64,000 nt of DNA from Geosiphon pyriformis uo1 (Eukaryota; Fungi; Glomeromycota): positions 125,665 to 189,664 of the forward strand of contig JAAOMT010000671.1 of NCBI GenBank assembly GCA_016748015.1. Direction: 5' to 3'. Made by a program: the position numbers and the translations under genes. The notes under the pieces are model-generated. The model made no database searches. It worked only from the letters and a program-made list of their open reading frames with translations, and had not been told where the DNA came from. Shown piece by piece: positions 1-12,883 of the stretch (position 1 is its first letter; each line of letters opens with the position of its first letter).

Positions 1-213
1 TGTTGACAGTACAGACTATCCCTCTACTTTCAGATTCTTCAATTACTTTTGAAAAGAATAGCAACTGAGATAATTTATGAAACTGATCTTGCACATTGAA
101 TCTATATTCATTCAATTTGCTCTTTAAAGTTGAATTCCCCTTTGATTATTTCCATCACCCTACAATTCTGTTCTCCTTTGCTATCCATTAGCTTGTTACT
201 CCAACCCATAACA
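1..213 (+). repeat. 5' LTR of element A (3' part only)
   Basis: Near-identical to 7909-8121; ends ...CATAACA; followed by PBS. Confidence 0.93.
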
Positions 214-219
214 TAAAAG

Positions 220-236
220 TGGTGCTCCCTGTGAAG
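220..236 (+). promoter_or_regulatory. Primer-binding site of A, probably tRNA-Ile(UAU)
   Basis: TGGTGCTCCCTGTGAAG resembles the complement of the eukaryotic tRNA-Ile(UAU) 3' end (...CCTCACnnGGAGCACCA). The same motif follows the LTRs of E, F and G. Confidence 0.75.
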
Positions 237-265
237 TTGTCAAAATTTACTTATTTCCTCATTGT

Positions 266-3200
266 ATGGGTAATTATTCATACTTGTCACAGCAATCAGA
301 AGAACACTTTGCAGCACACAACAGAAATGACCTAGAGTTTATTGAACTCAATCCTCTGCTCTCCTGCTTGATCTGTTTCTCTGTTAAAAAACAATCCAGT
401 AGACAATTCCAAGACTTTTGGAACTGGTTCTTGAATGAGCATTCAGCTGAAATCTACACAGCTTATATCATCTATTACTTTGATCAAGCTTATTTTAAAG
501 ACAATTTTAAAGAAAAAAATACCAACATCAATCAGCTCTTATACTCCACAACCTTTGAACAACAGCCCCCTAATTTCGAATATCTGAATCACCAAATCCA
601 TATTTGGATTGCTGCTCACCAACTAGTTGAAAACCCCTTTGAAACAGAAGAAAAAAGTTACCAAACTGCCCCTATTTTTGATATTTTCTCAAGTGAATTA
701 GAACACTCCACACAAACAGTAACTCTTGAACCAATAGCCCAAGATCCAATACAAGCAAACATCCTGGCTGCCCTCCAAGGTATACAAACTGCTTTGGGGT
801 AAAGAAACAACATTTCACTACCATTATTTAGAGATGATGCACAAGATCCAATTGAATAGTTGGATGACTTTGAGAGAGCTGCTACAGCTAACCAATACAA
901 TGATAAGTACAAGTTTCAAATTGTTGGTGGCTACCTTCAAGGCTCCCCTGTCACTTGGTTCTCATAGGAAACTGATGCCAATGCCCATTAAAGAATCATT
1001 AAATGGATGCCAGCATATGCTGAAGAAAACAACACCTCTTTCACAACCCAGTTTGAAAACAAGTTCAGAACCCCAATCTTGATATCCAAGTGGTGCATAG
1101 AATTGGAAAGAAGAACTCAAGGTTCAGGAAAAGTAGTAACTGAATATGCCAAAGCAATCAGAAAGTTAATCAAACAAGTAGACTCTGGAAAAAACTAGAC
1201 AGAAGAACAAAAGATTTATTCCTTTACAAAAAGATTGAGAACCAACTTATCCTATGCTTTTTGGCTTCTCTTGGCTCTAAAAGATAATTCTACAATGGAT
1301 ATGACCATTGAACTTGTCCAAAAAATTGAAGACAACCAAAGAATGCACTTGGAATCTACACTTCCAGTTTTTGCTTCTGCTTCTGTTATGGCTTCTGCTC
1401 TCCAAATGGCTGTTACTTCTTTTGCTGCCCAAACTCAAGACCCAAATGAACAGTTGATAAATAGACTCACAGCAAATTTTGCTTGGCTATTAGAACCATT
1501 AGCCCAAGCAGTTAGAGATAACCAGCAATCCCAAAGACCCAGATTTGAGCCACGCTTCAATCAGCCTTAGCAACCACTTTATTAAAGACAACAAAATTAT
1601 GGCCCACCTGTGTGCTATTGCTGTGGATTAATTAGACATTTTTCAAGAGATTGCAACAATCTTTCCTTACTTCTTCCAGCTCCCAGAAACAATGATAACC
1701 AAAACAACAGAACTATTAACAACAATGCTCCCAATCAAAGACTTAATCATGCCAATATCAATTTCTTTAGAGAGGATCCCCTAGTTGAAGCCACTGTTTA
1801 TCAGTCTTTAAACTAGTAGGCACACCTCCAAAGGGTGAGAGTGCAAGCCAACCAGAAGAAAACTTCTTTTATGTCTTTAACTTAACTAATGATGACCATG
1901 ACATGGATGAACTAGCAATTAACATCACAGAATCAACAAGAAAGAAGAAGAAAGCCAAGGTTGATTTTGTTTTAGATCCAAACAAACCATTTACATTAAC
2001 TGCTGATAATAATGAGCCACCAAAGGCTAAAGTTTTTAAGAATTCTCCAAAGCTAGAACCCTCAGAAATAGTACAAAAATTTGGACCTTATTCTGTTGTT
2101 AAAAATCTCATAGAAACCCCAGCACATATTACCTTTGGCCAGCTAATGACCCATCCACAGTTTAGAAAAGATCTTTGCAAATCTCTGATCCCCAAGAAGA
2201 AAATACTAAAAATCAACAAATGCTTTTATCAAACTGGACTTGCTAACAACAGCAATGTTATCTCTTTAATTTGCAAAGCCCAAGTGGCTGGTTATTTCAT
2301 CAACTTGATCCTAGACAGTGGATCATCTGTGAGTGTCATTGCCAAACATTTCTTAGAAGCAATTGGCAGAGAAATTGACAAACCTTCTACCAGACCTATG
2401 ACCAATGTACATAGTGATAAAAAAAAAGGTTTTGGTATTGCCAAAGCTATTCCTGTTTACATCAATGGCATCAGTATTAAAATTGACATGGAGGTTTCTG
2501 AAGCAAAGAAATACACCATCATTGTTGGCAATAAGTGGCTCAAGAAAGCAAAAGTCTTACTTGACTATGAACTGTGTAAATTAACCATCAGATGTGGTGA
2601 GAAGCCCATAGTAATTAAATGCTGCCATTGGACAACTCCTCCAGCAAACAAACAGAATTAAGAAGAAGAACAATCAGACAAATCAGATGATGAAGAGAAT
2701 GATAAAGAAAAAAAACAAGAGGAACAAGAAAAAACCACTGAACTCGCATACATTACCTTTACTAGCAATGGCAAGCCACTGGATAATGTCAAAGCTGACA
2801 AAGAAGGAATCATTGTGAATGGCAAGCTGATCTGCTGGCCCTACTATGATATCCTTAGAAAAATCTTTAACCAAAAGCCTGGCAAGAAAGCCAAGTACCA
2901 TTATTGGTGATATGGTCCTTGTGCCTGGTGCTGGTGCAACCAACCCTTGTATTCTCCAAGTGATGAATGCAAATCATGCCTGATCTATTACAAAGATTGG
3001 AAACCAATCAGTTTGATACCTAGAGAAAAATTGAAAGAAGTCCAAAAGTCCTTTGAAAATGAACCATTTGAGACCCAATCACTAGTTGTAGAACAAAAAA
3101 AACCCTCTCCAGAAGAAAGAAAAATAGACATTGAAAATCTGCTGGCTAGAAACAGCCCAGTTATCTTAAAAGAAGGTGATACCTCTGGATGAATTCATGT

Positions 3201-4497
3201 GATACAACACACCATTACCACCAGAGAAACTCACCTCGTCCATCTAAAGCCATATCAATCCAATTGCCACAATAATGAGTTCATCAAGAAAGAAATAAAA
3301 CGAATAAAAGATCTTGAATTCATACAAGAAACCAAGAGTAAATGGGCTTTCTCAGTTGTAGTGGTATTTAAGAAAAATGAAATCCTGCACTTCTATGTCA
3401 ATTATCATTAATTAAATGCCATCACTGAAAGAGACATGTACCCACTTCCCAAAATTGATGCAATGCTAGATCAATTCAAGGGTGCTGCTTTCTTCTCAAC
3501 TATTGATCTAACTGCTGGATTTTGGCAAATAGAGATGGATCCAGAAAGTCAGAAGAAAACCGCCTTTATAACCAAGTATAGCATTTATGAATTCACAGTC
3601 ATGCCTTTTGGTCTCACCAATGCTCCTCCCACTTTTCAATGCTTAATGGACAAAGTATTTGAATCAGTGAAAGAAAATTTTGTTTTGGTTTATTTGGATG
3701 ACATAATAGTATACTCAAAAACCTGGGATGAACATCTTAAACATTTGTAAAAAGTTTTTGACCTCCTTAGAAATGCTGGCCTTAAAATAAATCCAATCAA
3801 ATCTTTCTTTGGATGGCAATCAACCCAATTTCTTGGCCATCTTATTACAAAAGATAGAATCTTTCCTGATTCAGCCAAGGTTGAAAAAGTCCAGAATATT
3901 AGACAACTAATGAATGTTCATGAACTGCACTCTTTCCTTGGTTTGGCTTCTTATTATCAGAAATTTGTTAAGGATTTTTCCAATATCGTTTTTTCACTCA
4001 ATCAGCTACTTAGAAAAAATGTTAATTACCACTGGAGTACACATCAGCAGAAAGCATTTGAAACCCTCAAAGAAAAATTGGTTACAGAACCTATTCTCAA
4101 GCAACCTGATCTGGATCAACCTTTTATTCTTCATACTGATGCATCTGGTTATGGACTTGGTGCTGTCCTGTCACAAAAAAATGAAGATGGCAGGGAATAT
4201 GCAATAGCATATGCCAGTAAAACCTTTACACCAGCAGAACAGAACTATTCAATTACTGAACAGAAATGCTTAGCAGTAGTCTGGGCTACCAGTTACTGGG
4301 ATAAGTATCTCCTGGGGGTAAAGTTTTTGGTGGTAATAGATCACCAAGCTTTGGTTTGGTTATGCAACAAAAAGAAGCTAGAACATAAAAAAATAACTTG
4401 CTGAATACTCCACTTGGACAAATTTGACTATGACATTCAACATCACAAAGGAGTGTATCATCAAAATGCCAACGCTCTCTCTAGACTTACCATCTAG
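266..4497 (+). pseudogene. gag-protease-RT-RNase H polyprotein of A (many stops)
   Basis: CCHC knuckle CYCCGLIRHFSRDC (1610), LILDSGSSVS (~2305), MPFGLTNAP and YLDD (3436-3750), LHTDASGYGLGAVL (3910-4404); ends LSRLTI*. Confidence 0.9.
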
Positions 4498-4565
4498 TAA
4501 CAGTACAACTACCTTAAATCAAACCAACCTAATTATTAGTAATTCTCTCACAACCAAACACAATA

Positions 4566-6753
4566 ATGGACTTAGACAACTACTCTGCCTTAATGGAATT
4601 TTTGGGTAAAAGACAATACCCACTGGAATACAATTGACAGCAAAGAGAACATTTGCACAAACAATCAAATTTCTATTTGATCCATCAGAACCAACTATAC
4701 AAAAAAGATCCTGACTGCCCCCAAAAAGTCATAAGATTTGAAGAAAGAGAAATTGTGATCTATAACATGTACACTGATTTATTAGCTAGACACTTTGGAA
4801 AAACAAAAACAATTCAGAAAACTCTAGCTTGCTATTATTGGCCTATCTTAGAAAAAGACATTGCTGAGTACATTAAAATCTGTGATACCTGCCAAAAAAG
4901 AGAAAAACCCAATAGAAAAAAAAATATTTATCCAATCTCTGTTGGCCAACCATTTGACAGGATTGGTATAGATGTTGTTGGACTCTTAACAATAACCTCT
5001 GATGACAACAGATACATTATCACAGCTACTGACTATCTTACAAAGTGGGTAGAAGCAAGAGTCACTTCAGACCAAACAGCAGTTTCAATAGCCAATTTTA
5101 TTTATGAAGATATCATCTGCCATCATGGCTGCTTCAGAGAACTTTTATCTGATAGAGAAAAAGCTTTTCTTAGTACACTGATTGAAGAACTTTGTAGAAA
5201 AATGGGAATATATTACAAACTTTTCTCCCCTTATCACCCCTAAACAAATAGTCTAGTGAAATGTTTTAATAGAACATTATGTGAAACTCTAGCCAAAACA
5301 AGTAAAGAAACAAACTTATAGAACAAAGTATTGCCTTCAGCTTTGTTTGCTTATAGAACTGTGAATCATAACATAACAAATTATAAACCTTTTTATCTGC
5401 TCTATGGACACTGTTACTTATAGAAATATAGAAAATATATTAGCAGGAGTAGTAGCTAATTAAAAGTAGGCATAGTAAATGTGGAATTCCAGGATTCCTC
5501 TCAGGAATTGCAGGATTCCAGAAATTTCAGAATTCTCCGACGAGGAATTGCAGGATTCCAGAATTCCAGGATTCCTCTCAAAAAAATCACAGGATTCCAG
5601 GAATTCCAAGATTCCTGTCATAAAGAATCAAGGAATTGAGGAATCTCAATTATGTATATATAGCAGCAGGATTAAAAGCTGAAAAGACAGATCTCTCAGT
5701 TTAGATTTAAGCTAAGCAACATTTCAGTTTCCAATCATCAAATAAATAATTATTTCATATCTCAACCCATTCTCTATTATCAACATGAAGTGTTGATAGT
5801 AATTGATACTTAACCATGCTGGAACAATAGCTCTTAATTATGACTATTGATGAGATACTAACATACTAAATTGCCTTGACTTATTTTCTCTATTTTCTTT
5901 ATTTTATTTTCTTTATTTTATTTTCTTTCTTTTTTGATTTTGTTGTTGTATACTAATTGATTAAAAAATTAAGCACTGAGTTATTGATGTCAAGGATAGC
6001 TTGGTAAAAGACCCAGAAATAAGAGTAGGATTTTATATATTATCGGATAGCTTACCAAAAGGGCACAACTGTCAGACTAAATCTGGCCACCACACTGAGA
6101 AAAAAATTGGGAAAACTCTTGGAAAGATACATCTATTATTGACACTATTGAATCTCTGTTCATTATACAAAAGACTCCATCAAAACTTTCAGATACAACA
6201 CTTGCAGAATCTCATCCACGGAAGTCACTTTTGAGCACCAAGTTATGGGTTTGTTATTTAATTCAACAGCAAAAATAATTACCTGTAACAATGCATAACA
6301 ACACTACTAATAGAAACTGACATTGAGACAATATCCTTTGAAGAGATCACAATAGCAAATTACAAAGACATTTTACAAAGAAGACTTGGTACCATTCTTG
6401 ACTCATTAGTAGAAGCACAAATAGTTGCTTTTGAAAAGATAAAACAGTTTCAAAAAAAGCTTAAAAAGAAAAAAACCTATAAAACACTTTCTTTAAGTGT
6501 TGGTGACTTGGTATTAAAATACTGTTTAGACAGAGACAATGTCTATGGTGATAAATTTTCTAGCCAGTGGAAAAGACTCTTTATAGTCAACAAAGTTTTG
6601 AACAATGGTTCTTATATTCTTCAAGATTAATCTGGAACAATCTTTAATAATCAATTTGTTCACAGCATGCGACTCAAGAAATATTACAAACAACCTGATT
6701 GGTTGCTTGTTGTGGTAATACCGACTCAAATAATCAACAAAAATCAAGTATAA
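4566..6753 (+). pseudogene. Integrase of A (separate ATG-initiated ORF; split by solo LTR at 5412-6290)
   Basis: MDLDNYSALMEFLGKRQYP start, H..C..C zinc finger, D(GIDVV) catalytic region, YG|..TLLIE continuity across the solo LTR, GPY/F-like C-terminus. Confidence 0.85.
5412..6290 (+). mobile_element. Solo LTR B (E/F LTR family) inside the integrase of A
   Basis: TGTTAC...GTAACA termini; homologous to 30485-31335; flanks ACAC/ATGC are consistent with a decayed ACGC TSD. Confidence 0.92.
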
Positions 6754-6794
6754 ATAAACGCACTATTCCCAAAACAGAGGTATTTTCAATCAAC

Positions 6795-7410
6795 ATGAAC
6801 AATTATTTTCTGGATTAAAACATTTAAAATGCCTTCTATACTCTCCATGAGTATTGGATTAAAAACTATCCAAATGCTACTTTGACCATTGGAAAACAGA
6901 CTACCATAATTGATAGCAGTGAAACACATACTGTTATTAGACCAAAAAAAACAACTATCAGAAGAGAAAAAATTGGTAGCAAAATAGATAAATATCTGCT
7001 AGAAAGTATAACAGCAGTGATACTTGTACTTTCCACCACACTTGGAAAAACAATTAAAGAAATTTTACCCATAGACAAAAACTTGTCATATGGAAGACAA
7101 CTAGAGTTCTATGGTCATTTTGGTGAAATCATAGATGACATAAAGCTCATAAAGAAAACAACTTCAGAAATACAGACAGAAATTTTGGGCATTATATAAT
7201 TAGATGTTCCAAGAATTTTAACTATTGCTAGAAAAGCCAAAACTTTAATACAAAAATTTGGTCTTTTGGATACAAAACTCATTTCATCTCAAGTATTATA
7301 CATCTTATCTACAAAAAACTTCAATAAATTAGTTAGCTTTGAGTTAGATAAAACTCTTTAAATAGATTACACTATAAATAGCTTGATTTTGCCAGAGCTC
7401 AATCTCTTTG
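6795..7410 (+). pseudogene. ORF3 (post-integrase, unknown function) of A
   Basis: One frame from ATG 6795 to near the PPT with CAA>TAA-type stops; includes ORF 6882-7199 and ARKAKTLIQKFG...LSTKNF. Confidence 0.65.
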
Positions 7411-7420
7411 GAGAGGATGA

Positions 7421-8121
7421 TGTTATGGTTGAGACTTATACTTCTTATTAATTATCACATGTATTAGCCACTAATGTCATATGATTAGCCACACTATTTT
7501 TAGAAAGTGATCATTGATCTGATCAATGACCTGACTGTTGACCTGACCATTGACCTGATCATTGATCTGATCATTGACCTGATCATTGACCACTTTTAAC
7601 AGCTATATAAGTGATGAATCTCTTAGCTGTAGAAAAGCATATAATAACAAGCATCTGAATAATCAAAAATAAATAAAATAACAATTTTCATTTCAATCCT
7701 TCTCTTATTGTTAATTTCTCTTTCCTTACCTTCAAGTATCTGAACATCTTAAAGATAAAAGATTACTTGTTGGCCTTTTTCTGACATATATAATTATAGC
7801 ATTTGAAGATTATTTAAATAAACGTGACTGAAAAGCACAAGTTGATACCTAATATTGAATTCTAAAAGCGCCAATGTGAGGCATAAAATTATACCAATGG
7901 TGATCAATTGTTAACAGTATGGACTATTTCTCTACCTTCAGATTCTTCAGTTATCTTTGAAAAGAATAGTGACTGAGATATTTTATGAGACTGATCTTGC
8001 ACATTGAATCCATACTCATTCAATTCACTCTTTAAAGTTGAATTCTCCTTTGATTATTTCTATCACCCTACAATTCTGTTCTCTCTTGCTATCTATTAGC
8101 TTGTTACTCCAACCCATAACA
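7421..8121 (+). repeat. 3' LTR of element A (701 bp)
   Basis: TGTTATGGTT...AACCCATAACA inverted termini; preceded by PPT GGAGAGGATGA; TGACCTGATCAT tandem array and TATATAA inside. Confidence 0.93.
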
Positions 8122-9873
8122 ATATAATTAATTATAATTAAGGATGGAAGAACCTCAGCAACAATCAGATGCTGACTAACAATGTACTATTGCAATCTCT
8201 AAATCATAGTAATGCCCTATCTTAATCAATACTTACTAGATACTCTAACCAAGCCTTATATCTTGGTCTCACTAAAAACCAGGATTTTTATAGTTCTACA
8301 TCTTTAAAAAGAAAGAATGTAGGAAAGACTCCTAACTCTTTAAGACAAAATTGAGCCAACAATACTATCCTACCCACCACTATTACTGAAGATACTACCT
8401 TTGCTGCTATTTTTCCCTTCAACATTGATGGTCTGAACGTAAATAGCTTTTTCAATAAAGCCATCATAAATTAGGACAAACCAATTATGGTCCTGTACAC
8501 TAATGCTAGAGTCAGAAACATAGACATTAAATTAATTCTTGATAGCAAATCAGCAGACAGTATAATAATAAAACAACTTATGGATCAATTAGGTCACCAA
8601 GTAGATTGTGCTGCAATTGTCAAAATAATTACCACAGATGGCAATACCAAAATCCCAATCAGAGAAATTAATAACTTTTTTTTCAAAATTAATAGAATTC
8701 AAATTTCTACAAAAGTTCTAGTCATAGAAGCCATGCAATATCAAGCTCTTATCAGAAACAATTGGTTGGCCAAAGCCTATGTCACTCTTAACTGGAACAC
8801 ACAGGAATTACAGATTATCTTTAATGAATAACATGCCTGAGTTCCAGCTATATGTAGACACTTCAAAGTCCAAAGCTTGAAGGAACTGCTAATTGAATTC
8901 AAAAACACAACACCACCACCAATTATAGAAACTTATCAAGTTTCGTGGGTGAACAATTTCTAAACAGAGTTACCCCTACCACCAACTTGAGAAGAAAAAA
9001 GAAAGGGAAAAGCAGAAGAAAAACTACAATTGGCATCTGCAGACTATTCCATTCCAAGTCAAAAAAGTCAATGGTATTGAATTCCGAAATTAATTTGTGT
9101 CGACTATGAGAAAAAGTTATCTTCTATGGACACATGTATTAGAAACAATAAGAAATAGCCAACTGCCACCAAACATTACTGTAGACCTTGTGTATTAGAA
9201 AGATTTGACAGACCAAAATAACAAGGCAAATAAGACAATATGCCATGCCTTGCCTGTGGTGAGATCCTGTCAAATGAAAGATTATGGAACAATGTTCTTG
9301 GCAAAGGAAGAACATGTGACAAAACATGTCAATATACTATCTTAATTAATGATTGGGTACAAAAAAGAACTCCAATCGACAATGCCTAAAAACAAGCATT
9401 ATAATAATTGGATGGATATCCCCATGATAAACATGAAATTTGGAGAATGGCAAGTGTGAAAGCAGAGAGTGCTACAACCAGGGAATTACAGAAAATCAAA
9501 AACAACTCCTTATCCCTTCCAGAACCCAAATATATTATGACTTTGGATGTTTTTGGCAACATTGAAGACAATTCAGAATACTTCTATGAGCACTACCAAA
9601 ACCTGACACTGACTAGAAAAGAGCAGAAACAAAAGCTAGCTAACTTAAACACAAAACTGTGTAATTATTGTTTGATCCCTTGTCACTTTCAGTACTGCAA
9701 CAAATGTAATATCATATTTAACCTGCCTTCAAGAAAACTATACCCAATCACTGAAGTACCAGAACCTGAGGAAAAAAAGGAATTAATTACCAAGGACATG
9801 TTATTTCAAGATTCAACTAAGAATACCAAAACAGAACAGTATCTTGTGTATTCCAACCTATCCAAAGAATTAG
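8122..9873 (+). mobile_element. Fragment of dUTPase-type Gypsy element C (end of gag, protease, Cys-rich domain); host of element A
   Basis: LILDSKSAD protease (8487-8831); YPHDKHEIWRMA and LCNYCLIPCHFQYCNKC (9408-9905) match elements D-H; stops just before the dUTPase. Confidence 0.85.
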
Positions 9874-10461
9874 TATTGTCAATTACCGTAATCAAGAGTG
9901 ATTGATCCAAATCATTAATGATTCAAGGCAGTTATGCTAAAAGCATTTGTTTTGGAATAAAGATATGAAACAATGATCAATTTATGTATATTCCACAAAG
10001 TTTGAAAACATAAATTTATGATTCTGATTTCTTGATAATTGATTTATTTCAGAAGATGAAGATGGAATAGAATAAATGATAAAAGGAGTAAGAATATTTG
10101 ATTTTTGTCTAGGAGTTTGTATCTATCTGTTTCCCTGTTTCTACCTTCTATAACTACTTATTTTTATACATTTTTTTGGTTTTACAGGATTGCTTCTAAT
10201 TGTTTTGTTATTGCTAATTATTGCTTTGTTATTTTTGTTATTGCTTTGTTCTTCTATGTTATTACTAGTTATTCTATGTTATAACATATTATCTGGTATT
10301 ATTATATGTTATTTTGTGTTATTCTATGTTATAATATGTTATCCTGCACTATCCTAAGTTATAACATGTTATCCAACATTATTGTGTACTATTCTGTGTT
10401 AATGTTATGTTTTGGTCATGTTTCTTCATAACTTCAGATCAGTTTTTCTACTCTGGTAACA
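9874..10461 (-). repeat. Truncated LTR of another family (I), inserted in the dUTPase of F
   Basis: Starts TGTTACCAGAG on the minus strand at 10461; TGTTATAACAT-type tandem array; shares the CTCTTGATTACGG(T/C)nATTGAC motif with B/E/F/G LTRs. Confidence 0.7.
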
Positions 10462-11855
10462 CTGGATATCTTAGATTAAACTCTGCATCAGTATTATATA
10501 TGCATTTGGGCATAATATCTTCATTATTATTGCTGAACTATTTAAGTTCCTGTTCCTTAGTGAGGTCAGAAAGTACAATATATTGTTTGAAGTTTGAATC
10601 AAAGTTTAAATTATTGTAATTATCATTGCTAATTTGAACAAAATTGGAACCATTATTTTTATCATCATCATTGTCAGAGTTTAAATTGGAATTGAATGTT
10701 GATTCTGATTTCAATACACAGCTACTGATTGGTTCTTTTTCTTTTGAGATTGTGTAAATCATGTATGGTGGTAGATTGTAGATAAGGTCACACTCATTAC
10801 AATATTAAAAGTCACATAGAATCAAACAATAGTCATATAGTTGGGTGTTTAATTGTTCTAAACACTATTCTTGCTCTTTTTTTGTGAGTGCTAAATTTTA
10901 ATAACACTTGTAAAACTCTTTTAGGTCTGTCTCTATATCAAGAAAAACATCTGGATTTGGAATAAAAATGATATCAACTGGTTCTAAAGGATTATTTTTA
11001 ATTTCCAAGATTTTGTTGAATGTGGCTCTTTTGATTTTGGTATTCTTTATTCACCAGATTTTGTTTTTGTTGTGTAGGTAACTGTTCAAACAAGAGATTG
11101 TTTAGTGCTATGCTGCAGTAATAAAAGTTCTACAACTTATTCAGTTACTAATGAGGATCATATACTGGCATGAAGTCTTATACATTCCTTCTTAACCAAA
11201 AATGTCATTCTATATTCTTTTGTCAAGCAACTGCTCTTTACAAGAGAGACATGATTCATTGTCCCACTTGTTTTGTTGTTTTGGATAGCTATACTGTTTT
11301 CTGTAACACAGCTTGCAATAATAGTGGATTCATATTCAGTAATCTTTATTGGGTGCTATTCAAGCTTTCATGGAAGAAAGTTTCTTGCTGCAATCTTGGC
11401 ACTTAAATGGAATGTATGATAGTGTTATTCATAGAATATAAAAAGTATATTAGCATATAAATTAGCCAATCAAAAGTAGCCATAGTAAATATGGAATCTC
11501 AGGATTTTTCTTAAAGGAATTACAAGATTCTAGAAATTTCAGGATTCTTGTACAAGGAATTCCAGGATTCCAGAATTCCAGGATTCCTCTTAAAAGAATT
11601 GCAAGATTTCAGAAATTTCAGAATTCCTGGTGTGAAGAATTGAGGAATTAAAAAATTTCAATTATGTATATATATTGGTAGCATTAAAAGTAAAAAAAAC
11701 AGACCTCTCAGTTTAGATCTGATCTAAACAACCTTCCATTTACAAATATCAATAAAATAATTATTCCCTATTTTAAATCTACTCTCTACTATCAACATTT
11801 CATGTTGATAGTAATTAATATTTAACTATACTGGAACAATAGCTCTTGATTATGG

Positions 11856-12838
11856 TGTTACCAGACGAAATTAGAGATATTATTTAGCATGAAATTATTT
11901 TTATAATTCCTATTATTAATTAGCATATATTATTGTTTCAAATTATCACTTATTATATTAGCAAAATGTCCGAAATTATCATTTAATTAATAACCCAATT
12001 TGTACATAACACAGATGTAACCTAATTGCAATGATTAATCATGCAATACCCCAAAATATGTAACATTCAAAAGTTCACTGAAATTTGTAGAAATTTGCCG
12101 AAATAATTGATAGTTCACTGAAATATCTAATAGTTCACAGAAATAACTTGTAATTCACCGAAATGTATCTTTAGTTCAGTGAAATTGTAGAAAAGAGCAA
12201 AGTTCAAGTTCATAGAATAGTGTTATGACAAGTTGTATAAAAAAAGAGCTTCTCTCTTCGAGAAAATGTATCTTGTTTCAGATTTAACAATTAGAATTAT
12301 TTTTTACACACAAAAACAAAATAAATATCAAATAATTTGAAAAATCAAATCCTTAATTATTTCTCTTTTGAAATTAACCAATTCTTACTAAACAGTTTTG
12401 AAATTGATTAGCTACCAATTTCAATAAACTGTTAGTGACTTCAGGCCTGGATAGAAAACATTTCTCTTGACAGAATTCTATTTCTTTTACATTTCTTTTA
12501 TTTTCTTTCTTTTATTTTCTTATTATAATCATTAAGGTAGTCTACAGACGAGATTTCTGTAGAAAAGTTGACTTTCACAGCAAAGTAACTACATATTTTT
12601 AGTGAGCTTCCAAATGAGCAATTCTTGGGAAAGAGTTAACATTTACTACAATGTAACTACACAAAGCAATTGGCACAGAATTGGCCATTCTACTTATAAG
12701 CCCAGCAGTTCAAATTATAGGAAATAATTTGAAGATAAATTCAGTTACTAGAAGTTCAACTACTTCCTGAAAACGTGAATTCACAGCAAATCAACATCAA
12801 CAACATTCAAGAAAAGAGACCAAAAACCTTTGGTAACA
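11856..12838 (+). repeat. 5' LTR of D
   Basis: TGTTACCAG...GGTAACA; aligns end to end with 20773-21756, differing mostly by transitions. Confidence 0.95.
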
Positions 12839-12883
12839 TTTGGTGCTCTCCCATAGAAATAATACAGCAACAACAAATTCAAA

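Larger units (their letters stand above)
1..8121 (+). mobile_element. Ty3/Gypsy LTR retrotransposon A (decayed, no dUTPase); 5' LTR truncated by window edge; interrupted by solo LTR B
   Basis: 1-213 matches 7909-8121 (paired LTRs ending CCCATAACA). PBS at 220, PPT at 7409-7420. gag, protease (LILDSGS), RT (YLDD), RNase H (TDAS) and integrase (GIDVVG, KWVEA) fragments occur in Gypsy order. Confidence 0.95.

Noticed and set aside
5820-5880. TTGATGAG next to hairpins, suggesting a hammerhead ribozyme
   Set aside because: Sister LTRs read TTGACGAG/TTGACGGA/TTGACAGA, and no correctly placed GAAA core or three-stem junction could be drawn.
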